A DNA stretch of 63,768 nucleotides, taken from the NCBI GenBank assembly GCA_016235455.1, contig JACRKZ010000106.1, forward strand, positions 1-63,768, given 5' to 3'. The notes beneath the pieces are model-generated. The model ran no database searches, was not told the DNA's origin, and worked only from the letters and a program-made list of their open reading frames with translations. This DNA is from Armatimonadota bacterium (GTDB lineage Bacteria; Armatimonadota; UBA10988). This document shows, piece by piece, positions 42,479 through 54,991 of the stretch. Numbering within the stretch: position 1 is the first letter of the stretch; the number at the start of each line of letters is the position of its first letter. The position numbers and the translations under genes were made by a program.

Positions 42479-42564
42479 GCTAAGTCCGGGCCGCCGGCCG
42501 GGCTGGCCATCGTTGCGATGGCGCTGGGCCGGGGCGGGCTTGTGGCGACTTGAGGTAGAAGCTA

Positions 42565-45500
42565 ATGTCGAGACAGAGCGCAGCACACCTTGGGCTGTAC
42601 CGCCCCGATTTCGAGCACGACGCCTGTGGCGTTGGGTTCCTGGTCCATCTCAAGGGCGCCAAATCGCACAAACTGGTGCGTGACGGGATCACCGCGCTCA
42701 ACAACCTGAACCACCGTGGCGCGTGCGGCTGCGAGCCGAACACGGGCGACGGCGCGGGCATCCTGATCCAGGTGCCGCACGAGTTCCTCGTGGTCAAGTG
42801 CGCGCGCCTGGGCATTGCCCTGCCGGCGCCGGAGCACTATGGCGTGGGCCTCATGTTCCGCTCGAAGGACGCCGTGCAGGCGCGCGTGGGCAAGGCGCTG
42901 CTCGAGCGCATCGTCGACGAGGAAGGGCAGCGCTTCCTGGGCTGGCGGCCGGTGCCCACGGTCAACAGCATGCTGGGCGCGACGGCCCTGGCCGCCGAGC
43001 CGGCCATCGACATGCCATTCATCGGCCGCGGCGAGGGTGTGGCCGACAGCGACGCCTTCGAGCGCAAGCTCTATGTGATCCGCAAGCGCTTTGAGAGCGC
43101 GGTGCTCGAGGCCGGGCTGGACGAGGCCGACCGCTTCTACTTCCCGAGCCTGTCGTGCCGCACGCTGGTCTACAAGGGCATGTTGACGCCCGAGCAGGTG
43201 TCGCCGTACTTCCCCGACCTCAGCGACGTGACGCTGACCTCGGCGTTGTGCATGTACCACTCGCGGTTCTCGACCAACACCTTCCCGAGTTGGAAGCTGG
43301 CGCATCCGTTCCGCGCCATCGCCCACAACGGCGAGATCAACACGCTGCGGGGCAACGTGAACTGGATGCATGCGCGCGAGGCGCTGCTGGCCTCTTCGCT
43401 GTTCGAGCCGGGCGATGTGGAGAAGCTGCTGCCCATCGTGCGCGAAGGTCAGAGCGACAGCGCCAGCCTGGACAATGTGCTGGAGCTGCTCATCCTCTCG
43501 GGTCGCAGCGTGGCTCACGCCATGATGATGCTCATCCCCGAGGCGTGGGAAGCACACACCACCATGTCGGCCGAGAAGAAGGACTTCTACGCCTACCACT
43601 CGTGTCTGATGGAGCCGTGGGACGGCCCGGCCTCCATCGCGGTGACCGACGGCAAGACCATCGGCGCCACGCTGGACCGCAACGGTCTGCGCCCCAGCCG
43701 TTACTGGGTGACCAAGGACGACCTGGTCATCATGGCGTCCGAGGTGGGCGTGCTGGACATCGCCCCCGAGGATATCGTGGCCAAGGGCCGGCTTGAGCCG
43801 GGCCGCATGTTCTTCGTCAACATGGCCGAGGGCCGCATCGTTGCCGACGAGGAACTCAAGCACGAGCTGGCCACGGCGCATCCGTATGGTGAGTGGCTGG
43901 CCGACTACATGACCGGGCTCGACGACCTGGCTGCCGTGCCGGCGCCGGCCGCGCCCAGTCGCGACGAGCTGACCACGCGCCAGCTCATGTTCGGCTACAG
44001 CGTCGAGGACGAGAAGTACATCCTGGCGCCGATGGCCAACAATGCGCTGTGGGCCGTGGGCTCGATGGGCAACGACACGCCGTTGGCGGTGTTGTCCGAC
44101 CGGCCGCAGCTGCTCTACAGCTACTTCAAGCAGCTCTTCGCGCAGGTTACCAACCCGCCGCTGGACGGCATCCGCGAGGGGATCGTGACCTCGGTGCTGA
44201 CCGGTCTAGGTCCCGAGGGCAATCTCTTGGAGCCCGGGCCCGAGGCGGCACGGCAGATCCGGCTGGACTCGCCCATCCTGACCAACGAGGAGCTCGCGCG
44301 CTTGCGGGCCATCGATGTGCATGGCCACCGGGCCGCGGTGCTCGACGCCACCTTCAACCGCGCTGGTGGCGCCGGTAGCATGGCGGCGGCGATGAAGATG
44401 CTGTTCGACCAGGCGGACCGGGCCATCGACGAGGGCGCCACGGTGCTCATCGTCTCGGACCGCGCGGCCGACGAGCGGCATGCGCCGATCCCGTCGCTGC
44501 TGGCCTGTTCCGGCCTGCACCATCACCTGGTGCGCAACCAGCGCCGCATGAAGGCCGGGCTGGTCGTCGAGACCGGCGACGCGCGCGAAGTGCACCACTT
44601 CTGCACGCTGCTAGGCTACGGCGCGGCGGGCATTAACCCGTACATGGCCTTCCATACGCTCGACGACATGCTCGAGCGGGGCCTGCTCAAGGACGGCCTG
44701 GACGCCGAGCACGCCCGCAAGAACTACATCAAGGCGGCGCTCAAGGGCATCGTCAAGGTCATGGCGCGCATGGGCATCAGCACCGTGCAGTCCTACCTGG
44801 GTGCACAGATCTTCGAGGCCATCGGCCTGAACCACGCGTTCGTGGACCGCTACTTCGCGGGCACCGCCACGCAGGTCGAAGGTGTCGGCCTGGATGAGGT
44901 GGCCACCGAAGTGCTGGCCCATCACACCAACGCCTACCCGGCGCGGCCAGCGGGCCCGCGCCACCTGAACTGGGGCGGCCTGTACCAGTGGCGGCGCGAG
45001 GGTGAGCATCACATGTTCAACCCGGAGACTATCTACCGCCTCCAACACGCCACGCGCTCGGGCAGCATGGACCTGTTCCGCACCTACTCGTCCCGCATCA
45101 ACGACCAGAGCAAGCGGCTGTGCACGCTGCGCGGCCTCATGGAGTTCCGCTTCGACCAGTGCACGCCGGTGCCGCTCGACGAAGTGGAGTCGGCCGAGAG
45201 CATTGTCAGGCGGTTCTGCACCGGCGCCATGAGCTACGGCTCGATCAGCGCCGAGGCCCACGAGACGCTGGCGGTCGCCATGAACCGCATTGGCGGCTGG
45301 TCCAACACGGGCGAGGGTGGTGAAGACCCGATCCGCTTCCAGCGCCTGCCCAATGGCGACAGCAAGCGCAGCCGCATCAAGCAGGTGGCCTCGGGCCGCT
45401 TCGGTGTGACCAGCGAGTATCTGGTCAACGCCGACGAGCTGCAGATCAAGATGGCCCAGGGCGCCAAGCCCGGTGAGGGTGGTGAGCTGCCGGGCCACAA

Positions 45501-47100
45501 GGTGTACGAGTGGATCGCCAAGACGCGCCACACGACGCCCGGCGTGGGCCTGATCAGTCCGCCGCCGCACCACGACATCTACTCGATTGAGGACCTGGCC
45601 CAGCTCATCTTCGATCTGAAGAACAGCAACCCGCGCGCTCGCGTGTCGGTCAAGCTGGTGTCCGAGATTGGGGTCGGCACGGTGGCCGCCGGCGTGGCCA
45701 AGGCGCACGCCGACGTGGTGCTGATCAGCGGCCACGACGGTGGCACCGGCGCCAGCCCGATCACCTCGATCAAGCATGCCGGCACGCCCTGGGAGCTGGG
45801 CCTGGCCGAGACGCAGCAGACGCTCGTGGTCAACAACCTGCGTGACCGCATCCGCGTGCAGACCGATGGTCAGCTCAAGACCGGCCGCGACGTGGCCATT
45901 GCCGCGCTGCTGGGGGCCGAGGAGTTCGGCTTCGCCACGGCGCCACTGGTGGTCATGGGCTGTGTCATGATGCGCGTCTGCCACCTGGATACCTGCCCGG
46001 TAGGCGTGGCCACGCAGAACCCCGAGCTGCGCAAGCGGTTCTCGGGCAAGCCCGAGTACGTGGTCAACTTCATGATGTTCATCGCCGAGGAGCTGCGCGA
46101 AGTCATGGCCAGGCTGGGCTTCCGCCGCATCGAGGACATGGTGGGCCGCAGCGACCTGCTGGATATGAACCACGCCATCGAGCACTACAAGGCCAAGGGC
46201 CTCGACTTCTCGCGCATCTTCCACCGCCCGGCGGTGGCCGACGAGGTGGCCACGCACTGCGTGACCGAGCAGGATCACGGCCTGGCCAGTGTGTTGGATC
46301 TGGAACTCGTGCGCCAGTGCCTGCCGGCTCTCGAGCGCGCCGAGCAGGTCAGCATCGACCTGCCCATCCGCAACGTCAACCGCACGGTCGGCGCCATCCT
46401 GGGCAGCCAGGTATCGATGCGCCATGGTGGCGCGGGCCTGCCCGAGGACACCATCCGGCTGAACTTCGCCGGCTCGGCTGGCCAGAGCTTCGGCGGCTTC
46501 GTGCCGAGCGGCATCACCATGCGGCTCGAGGGCGATGCCAACGACTACTGCGGCAAGGGCCTGTCGGGCGGCAAGATGGCCGTCTACCCGCCGAAGAACT
46601 GCGGCTTCGTGCCCGAGGACAACATCCTCATCGGCAACGTGGCGCTGTATGGTGCCACCAGCGGCAAGGCCTTCTTCCGCGGCAAGGCCGGCGAGCGCTT
46701 CTGCGTGCGCAACTCCGGCGCGCAGGCCGTGGTCGAAGGCACGGGCGACCATGCCTGCGAGTACATGACCGGCGGCGTGGCCGTGGTCATCGGCCGCACC
46801 GGCCGCAACTTCGCGGCGGGCATGTCGGGCGGCGCGGCCTTCGTGCTGGACGTCGACGGCGAGTTCGCCAGCCGCTGCAACCTGGAGATGGTGCAGTTGG
46901 AGGCGGTCGAGGAGGCCGACGACCTGGCGTTGCTGCGCGGCCTGCTGGAAGAGCACCAGGCGGCCACCGGCAGCACGGTCGCGGCGAAGCTGCTGGCCGA
47001 CTGGGCGGGCACCGTGAAGCGCTTCGTCAAGGTTATGCCGGTGGACTACAAGCGCGTGCTGGCCGAGCGCAAGGCGAAGGCCGAGGCAGTGGCCGGGTAG
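42565..47100 (+). CDS. gltB: Glutamate synthase large subunit
   Basis: [65 protein letters not shown]. Confidence 0.98.
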   Translation: MSRQSAAHLGLYRPDFEHDACGVGFLVHLKGAKSHKLVRDGITALNNLNHRGACGCEPNTGDGAGILIQVPHEFLVVKCARLGIALPAPEHYGVGLMFRSKDAVQARVGKALLERIVDEEGQRFLGWRPVPTVNSMLGATALAAEPAIDMPFIGRGEGVADSDAFERKLYVIRKRFESAVLEAGLDEADRFYFPSLSCRTLVYKGMLTPEQVSPYFPDLSDVTLTSALCMYHSRFSTNTFPSWKLAHPFRAIAHNGEINTLRGNVNWMHAREALLASSLFEPGDVEKLLPIVREGQSDSASLDNVLELLILSGRSVAHAMMMLIPEAWEAHTTMSAEKKDFYAYHSCLMEPWDGPASIAVTDGKTIGATLDRNGLRPSRYWVTKDDLVIMASEVGVLDIAPEDIVAKGRLEPGRMFFVNMAEGRIVADEELKHELATAHPYGEWLADYMTGLDDLAAVPAPAAPSRDELTTRQLMFGYSVEDEKYILAPMANNALWAVGSMGNDTPLAVLSDRPQLLYSYFKQLFAQVTNPPLDGIREGIVTSVLTGLGPEGNLLEPGPEAARQIRLDSPILTNEELARLRAIDVHGHRAAVLDATFNRAGGAGSMAAAMKMLFDQADRAIDEGATVLIVSDRAADERHAPIPSLLACSGLHHHLVRNQRRMKAGLVVETGDAREVHHFCTLLGYGAAGINPYMAFHTLDDMLERGLLKDGLDAEHARKNYIKAALKGIVKVMARMGISTVQSYLGAQIFEAIGLNHAFVDRYFAGTATQVEGVGLDEVATEVLAHHTNAYPARPAGPRHLNWGGLYQWRREGEHHMFNPETIYRLQHATRSGSMDLFRTYSSRINDQSKRLCTLRGLMEFRFDQCTPVPLDEVESAESIVRRFCTGAMSYGSISAEAHETLAVAMNRIGGWSNTGEGGEDPIRFQRLPNGDSKRSRIKQVASGRFGVTSEYLVNADELQIKMAQGAKPGEGGELPGHKVYEWIAKTRHTTPGVGLISPPPHHDIYSIEDLAQLIFDLKNSNPRARVSVKLVSEIGVGTVAAGVAKAHADVVLISGHDGGTGASPITSIKHAGTPWELGLAETQQTLVVNNLRDRIRVQTDGQLKTGRDVAIAALLGAEEFGFATAPLVVMGCVMMRVCHLDTCPVGVATQNPELRKRFSGKPEYVVNFMMFIAEELREVMARLGFRRIEDMVGRSDLLDMNHAIEHYKAKGLDFSRIFHRPAVADEVATHCVTEQDHGLASVLDLELVRQCLPALERAEQVSIDLPIRNVNRTVGAILGSQVSMRHGGAGLPEDTIRLNFAGSAGQSFGGFVPSGITMRLEGDANDYCGKGLSGGKMAVYPPKNCGFVPEDNILIGNVALYGATSGKAFFRGKAGERFCVRNSGAQAVVEGTGDHACEYMTGGVAVVIGRTGRNFAAGMSGGAAFVLDVDGEFASRCNLEMVQLEAVEEADDLALLRGLLEEHQAATGSTVAAKLLADWAGTVKRFVKVMPVDYKRVLAERKAKAEAVAG

Positions 47101-47159
47101 TCGGGCGGCAGATGACGGATTGACGACCGGGCCAACGATGGCCCAACGGGACGAGACAG

Positions 47160-48635
<1,476 letters not shown>

Positions 48636-48647
48636 TACCCGAGTAGA

Positions 48648-48693
48648 GCCAGGCCCCCGAGCGCGCCATCAGCGGCGCGCTCGGGGGCCTGGC
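48648..48693. terminator. Perfect 20-bp hairpin between convergent genes
   Basis: GCCAGGCCCCCGAGCGCGCC-ATCAGC-GGCGCGCTCGGGGGCCTGGC. Confidence 0.65.
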
Positions 48694-48709
48694 GGTTTGG
48701 GTCGGGCGC

Positions 48710-51010
48710 TCAGCGCCGGCGACGCCGCCGCGAGGTGGACGCCGCGCCGGGATCCGAGCCCATGCTGCGCAGGTCGGGCGGGTTGGCCTGGGCGGCGGCG
48801 GCTTCGTCCACGGCGCCCGTGAGCAGGATCATGTGCGGCACCGTGCGGGACGGCTGCGCGTCGGAGTGGCCGGTCACGTAGACCTCGTCGCGGAAGATGA
48901 GCGACGACGAGAACCCGGAGTCCAGCAGCACACCGGTGCGCACGCCGCACTCGACGATGGCGCGCGCGATGATCTCGCTGCGCTGGCTGCTGGGGCAGGC
49001 GCCGATCATCGGCACGCCGTCCCTGTTCACGCCGAACCAGGCGCGCCGCCGGAAGTCGTTGTGGTCCCTCGTGGCCGCCTTGTCCAACTGGTCCTTGGTG
49101 AGGGCTACGCCGTCTCGCACCAGCCAGCCGCCGGCGACGAACGCGTCGGTCAGGTCGGGCTGGAGCTGGCGCGCGGCGGTCAGGGAGTTGGCGGCGGTCT
49201 GGAACTCGACGAACTTGATGCCGCTCGCGCCGATGAGCACATACGGCCGGCCGATGAGCCGCACGATGTCCTGCGGCTCGCCGGGGATGTATTGGTTGTA
49301 GGCCAGCAGTGACTCGGGCAGGGCCAGTTGCTTGGTGCGCCAGGCCTGCACATCGCGCTTGGTCGTGAGTTGCGACATGACCGGCCCGAGCATGGCGTTG
49401 GAGATGTCCTTGACCCGCGCCAACTGGAAGAAGCTGCCATTGATGCCGGCGGCGGCGCCGGCCAGCTTGGCCACGTCACCCACGGCATAACGGAAGTCGC
49501 AGTGCACCGTGACCGGCTTGCCACCGGTGATCCACACCATGGGCACCTTCTGCCCGCCGACGGCGAGGTCGGACTGGTGGAAGGTCACGGGACCGTAGTC
49601 GCGCGCCTGGCCGATCACGGGCGGCGGCGCGGCCTGCACTGCCTGCGTGGCCTGCTTCACCTCGCGCAGCGGACCGGCGTCGGAGCGGGCGATGGCCTCA
49701 TCCAGGTTGAGCTCGTTGAACCGGTCGACCTCCATGATGGAGCGCGACTGCGCCGAGCCGCCCTTGGTGATGAGGAATGCGGCCACATAGCCGGCCTGCC
49801 GGGTGGCTTCCACCACGCGCTCGTCGTAGCGGCCCATGGGGTAGCAGAAGAACTGCACCGGCCGACCCAACCACTTCTCCAGCGAGGCGCGGCTCTTGAC
49901 CAGTTCGTCCTTGAGCTGGGCAGGGCTGATCTTGGTCAGGTCCGGGTGGGTCAGCGAGTGCGACTGGATCTCGCACAGGCCGCTGGCCATCATCTCCCGG
50001 CACTGGGCCCAGCTCACGTGGCCCTTGGACCAGATCTGCTTGCCGATGGTGCCCGGCACGATGAAGAAGACACCGGGCCAGCCGCGCTTCTTGAGCCGCG
50101 GGAAGACGGTCTTGTAGCAGTTCTCGTAGCCGTCGTCGAAGGTCAGCATGATCGGCTTCTCGGGCAACGAGTCCCCGCGGGTGATGTAGTTCCACCACTG
50201 CCTCAGGCTGATCGGCGTGCATCCGGCCGCGGCGATCTTGTCCAGTTGCGCGTCGAACTCCTGCGCCGTCAGGTCGAAGCTGACCAGCTTGGCGCCTTCG
50301 ACTACATCGTGGTACATGATGATCGGCACAAACGCCTCGCGCGCCACCTGAGCAATCTCGGCCGGCTCCAGCAGCGTGTCGAGCAGTGCCCTCATGCCGT
50401 TGCGCGACAGCGACGCGGGATCGTCGCCCGCGGCGGGCAGCCAGGTGCGGCGCAGCGCACTGGCCGGTGGCCGGTCGTAGTTGGCGGCCGCCAGCAGGCC
50501 ATAGGTGCCCACCGAACGTAGCTGACCGACACGGAATCGGGAGCTGGGCGGCGTGAAGGCACCGCGATCGTTGACCCAGGCCACGACGCCCGGTTCCACC
50601 GGCCCGACCTTCTGCCACGGAAAGACCACGGGCAGGCCGACATCACCCGAGAACAGCCAGGACCAGCCGCTACGGCCCTCGATGGGCACGCTCAGGCCGC
50701 CGGCCGTGCCGACTGCCATGGCGGCCAGCAAGATGCCGAGCACCCGCGACCAGCGCAGGCCGGATGGGCGCGGCTCAGGGCGGTAGCGCCGCTCGATGGG
50801 CTGTACCGCCGCCGGCAACACGATGGGCGCGGACTCGGCAGCGGCCGGCGCCCAGTCCGGTGCACCTGCAGGTTCGGCTTCGGCTTCGGGTTCGGTGGGA
50901 GGAGACGCGGATGGCGCGTCGGTGGCGGGTTGTGAGGCGGGGGCCTCCGGGGTATCGGGCTGCACGGCGGGCTCGTCGCCGCCCGGCTCAGTACGCTCGT
51001 TGTCAGACAT
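48710..51010 (-). CDS. Membrane-anchored polysaccharide deacetylase (CE4) fused to a phosphodiester glycosidase (NAGPA)-like domain
   Basis: PIIMYH, LTFDDG, HSLTH, YPMG; C-terminal INGSFF, RRRAWFG, LDSGFSSSL. Confidence 0.85.
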   Translation of the reverse strand: MSDNERTEPGGDEPAVQPDTPEAPASQPATDAPSASPPTEPEAEAEPAGAPDWAPAAAESAPIVLPAAVQPIERRYRPEPRPSGLRWSRVLGILLAAMAVGTAGGLSVPIEGRSGWSWLFSGDVGLPVVFPWQKVGPVEPGVVAWVNDRGAFTPPSSRFRVGQLRSVGTYGLLAAANYDRPPASALRRTWLPAAGDDPASLSRNGMRALLDTLLEPAEIAQVAREAFVPIIMYHDVVEGAKLVSFDLTAQEFDAQLDKIAAAGCTPISLRQWWNYITRGDSLPEKPIMLTFDDGYENCYKTVFPRLKKRGWPGVFFIVPGTIGKQIWSKGHVSWAQCREMMASGLCEIQSHSLTHPDLTKISPAQLKDELVKSRASLEKWLGRPVQFFCYPMGRYDERVVEATRQAGYVAAFLITKGGSAQSRSIMEVDRFNELNLDEAIARSDAGPLREVKQATQAVQAAPPPVIGQARDYGPVTFHQSDLAVGGQKVPMVWITGGKPVTVHCDFRYAVGDVAKLAGAAAGINGSFFQLARVKDISNAMLGPVMSQLTTKRDVQAWRTKQLALPESLLAYNQYIPGEPQDIVRLIGRPYVLIGASGIKFVEFQTAANSLTAARQLQPDLTDAFVAGGWLVRDGVALTKDQLDKAATRDHNDFRRRAWFGVNRDGVPMIGACPSSQRSEIIARAIVECGVRTGVLLDSGFSSSLIFRDEVYVTGHSDAQPSRTVPHMILLTGAVDEAAAAQANPPDLRSMGSDPGAASTSRRRRRR

Positions 51011-51063
51011 GGTCACCTGTATCTACCGCGGCCACCGGTCAATGGTACGTGGCCGATATGATG

Positions 51064-51519
51064 TTACGTGGACGGCAACTGGCCCTCCAGCCCCAGGATC
51101 GCGGGCATCTCCAGGCCTTCGCTCTCGGCTATCTCGGCCAACGTCGTTCCCTGCAGGAACTCATAGACCTTGGTCATCACGCTGGCCCACGCTTCGTGGA
51201 CGGCGCAGATGGATTCGCCTTCACAGTCGCAGTCGCGCCGCCACAGCAGGCACTGGCGCGGTCCGACGATGGGCTCGATGGTGTTGATCACCTCGAGTAC
51301 CGTGATTTCCTCGGCCGGTCGCGCCAGGCGATAGCCACCATGCTTGCCGCGGTTGGCCTGCAACAAGTGGGCTCGCACCAGCAGACCGAGCAGCTTGGCC
51401 AAGTAGTGGAAGGGCACATCGGCCGCCACGGCCAGATCCTTGGCCCTTACCCAGCGGTCATCAGCCACTGCGAGGTGCGCCATCGCGCGCACAGCATGAA
51501 GCGACGATTGATTCAGCAT
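51064..51519 (-). CDS. Rrf2 family transcriptional regulator
   Basis: YLAKLLGLL, RGKHGGYRLARPAEEITVLEVI; Cys cluster CLLWRRDCDCEGESIC. Confidence 0.93.
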   Translation of the reverse strand: MLNQSSLHAVRAMAHLAVADDRWVRAKDLAVAADVPFHYLAKLLGLLVRAHLLQANRGKHGGYRLARPAEEITVLEVINTIEPIVGPRQCLLWRRDCDCEGESICAVHEAWASVMTKVYEFLQGTTLAEIAESEGLEMPAILGLEGQLPST

Positions 51520-51552
51520 CAGGGTTCACGGCTCACTTTGTGGTGTGGCGCG

Positions 51553-51581
51553 ATCCTGCATGATCGGCAACGCTTTGTCAA
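51553..51581 (-). promoter_or_regulatory. Sigma70 promoter of the rrf2 gene
   Basis: TTGACA-N17-CAGGAT. Confidence 0.6.
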
Positions 51582-52390
51582 CGGTGGCTCGGCGGGCGCT
51601 CCTCGACGATCACATGCGTGGGCATGCCATACACGCCACGCAGGTCGGCGGCGCCTGGAATGCACAACTGGGCCGAAGGGCCGCCGTCCAGATTGGTGGC
51701 GTCGCGACAGCCCAGGCCACCACTGCCCACCGGTCGCGCCAGGACCGCGGCGAAGGCGCTCAGCGAAAGTCGACCGCGGGTGGTCGCCGCCAGCAATACC
51801 CGTCCCTCGGCGTCGACGCCGATCGCCGCGCGCTCATCGGGCAGTGACTCCTTGAGCTTGGTGGGCTGGCCGCCGGCCACGAGCCGTGGGCCGCACTGCA
51901 GCGCCTGCTCGACGCCGCTGGTGCCCGCGAACTTCTTGGTGTGCACCACCTGGGCCCGACCGTCGCGCACCTCGAACACGCCCCAGTCGGCGCGCCGCAG
52001 GCGGTTGACCACCTTGCCGTCGCTGACCACCAGGCCCAGCGGGCGGTTGCGCTCATCGAAGTAGCCGCCGTTGATCGCCGCCAGCGCCACCTGCTGTCTG
52101 GCCACTTCGGCCGCCCGCGGCCACTGCGAGCGGTTCGCCGGCGCCGTGACCACGCGCACGCGCATCCGGTGAAGGTCAGCGCGCGCCGCGACAACCTGCA
52201 CGGCCTGGTCCGCGTTGCGCTGGTCGCCCAGGGCGACGCGCAACACATCGAAGCCGGCCGGCAGGGCGGGCGCCGCCGGCTTGGCCGGCGCCGGGCGAGC
52301 GGCGTGTCCAGCGGGCGGCGGCGCGACCGCCTGGCACCCAGCCAGGGCCAGCAGCCAACCCACATACAGCGCCGCTCGCAGCCATCTCAT
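51578..52390 (-). CDS. Phosphodiester glycosidase (NAGPA) family lipoprotein
   Basis: Lipobox LAGC; AINGGYF, QCGPRLV, ERAAIG, NLDGGPS. Confidence 0.88.
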   Translation of the reverse strand: MRWLRAALYVGWLLALAGCQAVAPPPAGHAARPAPAKPAAPALPAGFDVLRVALGDQRNADQAVQVVAARADLHRMRVRVVTAPANRSQWPRAAEVARQQVALAAINGGYFDERNRPLGLVVSDGKVVNRLRRADWGVFEVRDGRAQVVHTKKFAGTSGVEQALQCGPRLVAGGQPTKLKESLPDERAAIGVDAEGRVLLAATTRGRLSLSAFAAVLARPVGSGGLGCRDATNLDGGPSAQLCIPGAADLRGVYGMPTHVIVEERPPSHR

Positions 52391-52860
52391 GTCGCTTGGG
52401 CCACCTCGCTGACCGCGGTGAGGACCTCGTCCACATGGCCTTTCACCGCGACCTTGGCAAACTTGGCTCGGATCGTACCATCGGGACCGATAACGTAGGT
52501 GGTGCGAATCACGCCCAGGCCGATGCGACCCATGAAGCTCTTCTCGGCGATGACATCGTAGGCGTGGCAGACGCTCTCATCCGTATCGGCCAGCAGGCGG
52601 AAGGGCAGGCACTGGTTGGCCGCGAACTTCTGGTGCGACTTGACCGTGTCGCGGCTGACGCCCACGATGACGGCGTTGAGCGCGGCGAACTCGGCGTGCT
52701 TGTCGCGGAAGTTCTGCGCTTCGATGGTGCAGCCGGGGGTGCTGTCCTTGGGGTAGAAGTAGAGCACCAGCGTGCGGCCGGCGAACTCATCGAGGGTGAT
52801 GGGCTCGCCTTGGGTGTCCAGGCTCGCGAACGCGGGTGCTTTGTCGCCGACTTCCGGCAT
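52387..52860 (-). CDS. bcp: Peroxiredoxin Bcp/PrxQ
   Basis: LYFYPKDSTPGCT, GVSRD, RTTYVIG; AAGGAG 7 nt before ATG 52860. Confidence 0.93.
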   Translation of the reverse strand: MPEVGDKAPAFASLDTQGEPITLDEFAGRTLVLYFYPKDSTPGCTIEAQNFRDKHAEFAALNAVIVGVSRDTVKSHQKFAANQCLPFRLLADTDESVCHAYDVIAEKSFMGRIGLGVIRTTYVIGPDGTIRAKFAKVAVKGHVDEVLTAVSEVAQAT

Positions 52861-52911
52861 GATCAATCTCCTTGACTCTCTACAGAGAGGATGATGCGGT
52901 CCGCGCCGATG

Positions 52912-54753
52912 TCAGTCCTCCTCACCCACCTGCTCCTGGCTGAGGAACGCCTTGATCTGCTCGGCGATGGGCCGGTTGAGCCCCGGCAATGCCGCGATCT
53001 CCTCCACACTGGCGGCGGCGATGGCCTCCGTGGAGCGGAAGTGGGTGAGCAACTCCGTGCGCCGCTTGCCGCCGACGCCGGGGATATCGTCGAGCACCGA
53101 GCGCAGGCTGCTGCCGCGTCGCAGCCGCTGGTGGAAGGTGTTGGCCACGCGATGCGCCTCGTCGCGCAGCGCGCGCAGCAGCCGCAGCGCGGGCATGCGT
53201 GCTTCGAGCACGATGGGCTCCGAGCGGCCGGGCACGAAGATATGCTCTTGCTGCTTGGCCAGCGAGGCCAGCGGGATGTGCTGGCAGCCAAGCTCGTTGA
53301 GCACGTCGCGGGCCACGCCGAGTTGGCCCTTGCCGCCGTCGACCACCAGCAGGTCGGGCAGCGGCAGGAACTTCTCATCGCCCTCGACCGCGCGCTGCAG
53401 CCGCCGCGTGAGCACCTCACGCATCATGTCGTAGTCGTTGGGCGCATCGGTCTCCAGGCGCACCTTGAACTGCCGGTAGTCCTTCTTGGACGGCCGGCCA
53501 TCGATGAACACGACCATGGAGCCCACGTTCTGATTGCCGCCCAGCGTGGCGATGTCGTAGCCCTCGATGCGGAACGGCGTGTGCGGCAGGTCCAGGCGGT
53601 CCCGCAGATCGGCGGTGGCCTGCTCCGAGCGCTGGCGCTGCTGGTCGCGGTCGGCCAGCCACTGACGCAGCGACTCCTCGGCATTCTGACGGGCCATGTC
53701 CATGAGCTGACGCTTGTCGCCCCGCTGTGGCACGGCCACCTCGACCCGGCGGCCGGCGCGTTTGGAGAGCCACTCCGACACGGCGTCCGGGTCCTCGATG
53801 GGGTTGGAGAGCAGGAGCGTCGGCGGCAGCTCGCTGGCCTCGGCGTAGTGCGCCATGATGAACGCCCGCAAAGGCACGTCGGCCGTGTCCTGCAGCGTGC
53901 CCTCGAGCATGGCGTGGTGGTCGCCGAGCACGCGGCCCTCGCGCACGAACAGCACCTTCACACAGGAGATGTCCTCATGCTGCGCGGTGGCCAGCACGTC
54001 GATGTCCTCGACGCGGCCCGAGACGACGCGCTGCTGCTGGGCCGAGGCCTTGCGCACGTCCGCCAGCAGGTCGCGCAAGGCCGCCGCGCGCTCGAACTCC
54101 AGGTTCGCCGCCGCGGCGGCCATCTGGGCCTCCAGGTCGGCCAGCAGCGCGTCCACCCGGCCGCGCAGCAGATCGGCCGAGGCGTCGACCAGCGCGGCGT
54201 AGGCGGTCTCGTCGATGAGCCCGGCGCAGGGCGCGTCGCACAGGCCCAGGTGGTGGTCGAGACACGGGCGCAGGCGCGAGTCGGCGTCAAGCGCGTAGGT
54301 GCAGCGGCGGATGTGGAACAGTCGGCGGATCAGCCGCTCGAAGGCGCGCATCGCCGACGAGTTGGTGTATGGGCCGAAGTAGCGCGCGCCATCGGGCCGG
54401 GTCTGGCGGCATTCCACGAGCTGCGGGAACGGCTCGCGAGTGAACTTGAGCAGTGGATAGCGCTTGTCGTCGCGCAGGCGGATGTTGTAGCGCGGGCGAT
54501 AGCGCTTGATCAGCTCGGCCTCGAGGATCAGCGCCTCGACCTCGCTGGCGGTGACGATGTAGTTGACGTCGTCGACCTGGCAAACCATCTGCGCGATGCG
54601 CGGCGAATGCTGCGCGCCGGCCTGAAAGTAGCTGCGCACACGGCTGCGCAACGACGTCGCCTTGCCCACATAGAGCACCTTGCGGCGTGCGTCGCGCATG
54701 AGATAGCAGCCGGGCTGAACCGGCAGATTGGCCAGAGTCTGGTCGAGCGCCAT
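52912..54753 (-). CDS. uvrC: Excinuclease ABC subunit C
   Basis: PGCYLM..LYVGKA GIY-YIG, PRYNIRLRDDK, UVR domain LEFERAA, RIEGYDI, VDGGKGQ, RDEAHR, HhH. Confidence 0.97.
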   Translation of the reverse strand: MALDQTLANLPVQPGCYLMRDARRKVLYVGKATSLRSRVRSYFQAGAQHSPRIAQMVCQVDDVNYIVTASEVEALILEAELIKRYRPRYNIRLRDDKRYPLLKFTREPFPQLVECRQTRPDGARYFGPYTNSSAMRAFERLIRRLFHIRRCTYALDADSRLRPCLDHHLGLCDAPCAGLIDETAYAALVDASADLLRGRVDALLADLEAQMAAAAANLEFERAAALRDLLADVRKASAQQQRVVSGRVEDIDVLATAQHEDISCVKVLFVREGRVLGDHHAMLEGTLQDTADVPLRAFIMAHYAEASELPPTLLLSNPIEDPDAVSEWLSKRAGRRVEVAVPQRGDKRQLMDMARQNAEESLRQWLADRDQQRQRSEQATADLRDRLDLPHTPFRIEGYDIATLGGNQNVGSMVVFIDGRPSKKDYRQFKVRLETDAPNDYDMMREVLTRRLQRAVEGDEKFLPLPDLLVVDGGKGQLGVARDVLNELGCQHIPLASLAKQQEHIFVPGRSEPIVLEARMPALRLLRALRDEAHRVANTFHQRLRRGSSLRSVLDDIPGVGGKRRTELLTHFRSTEAIAAASVEEIAALPGLNRPIAEQIKAFLSQEQVGEED

Positions 54754-54881
54754 GTTTGCCTTCTGAATACGGTTGACCAACAGGATAGCGCGCGTGTCAC
54801 ACAATAGGTGCGACGCGAGTCGGGAGTCGGACGGCCGGTGGCGCGCCCGCGACGGCCGGCGGCAGGTGACCTTGGTGTTAA

Positions 54882-54910
54882 TTGCCGCGCTATGGTTGTT
54901 GTGATAGCAT
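54882..54910 (+). promoter_or_regulatory. Promoter of the degT-ahcY unit
   Basis: TTGCCG-N17-TAGCAT with TG extension. Confidence 0.55.
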
Positions 54911-54991
54911 TGCGATGGTGGTCTCCAGACGTCGGATCCGTGCCGACGAACGCTGTTCAACTGGGGATTTGCCCTCGCTGGGAGCCTTGAG

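Noticed and set aside
41907-42586. Short ORFs in the glutamate synthase spacer
   Set aside because: No convincing RBS or motifs; they overlap the candidate promoters.
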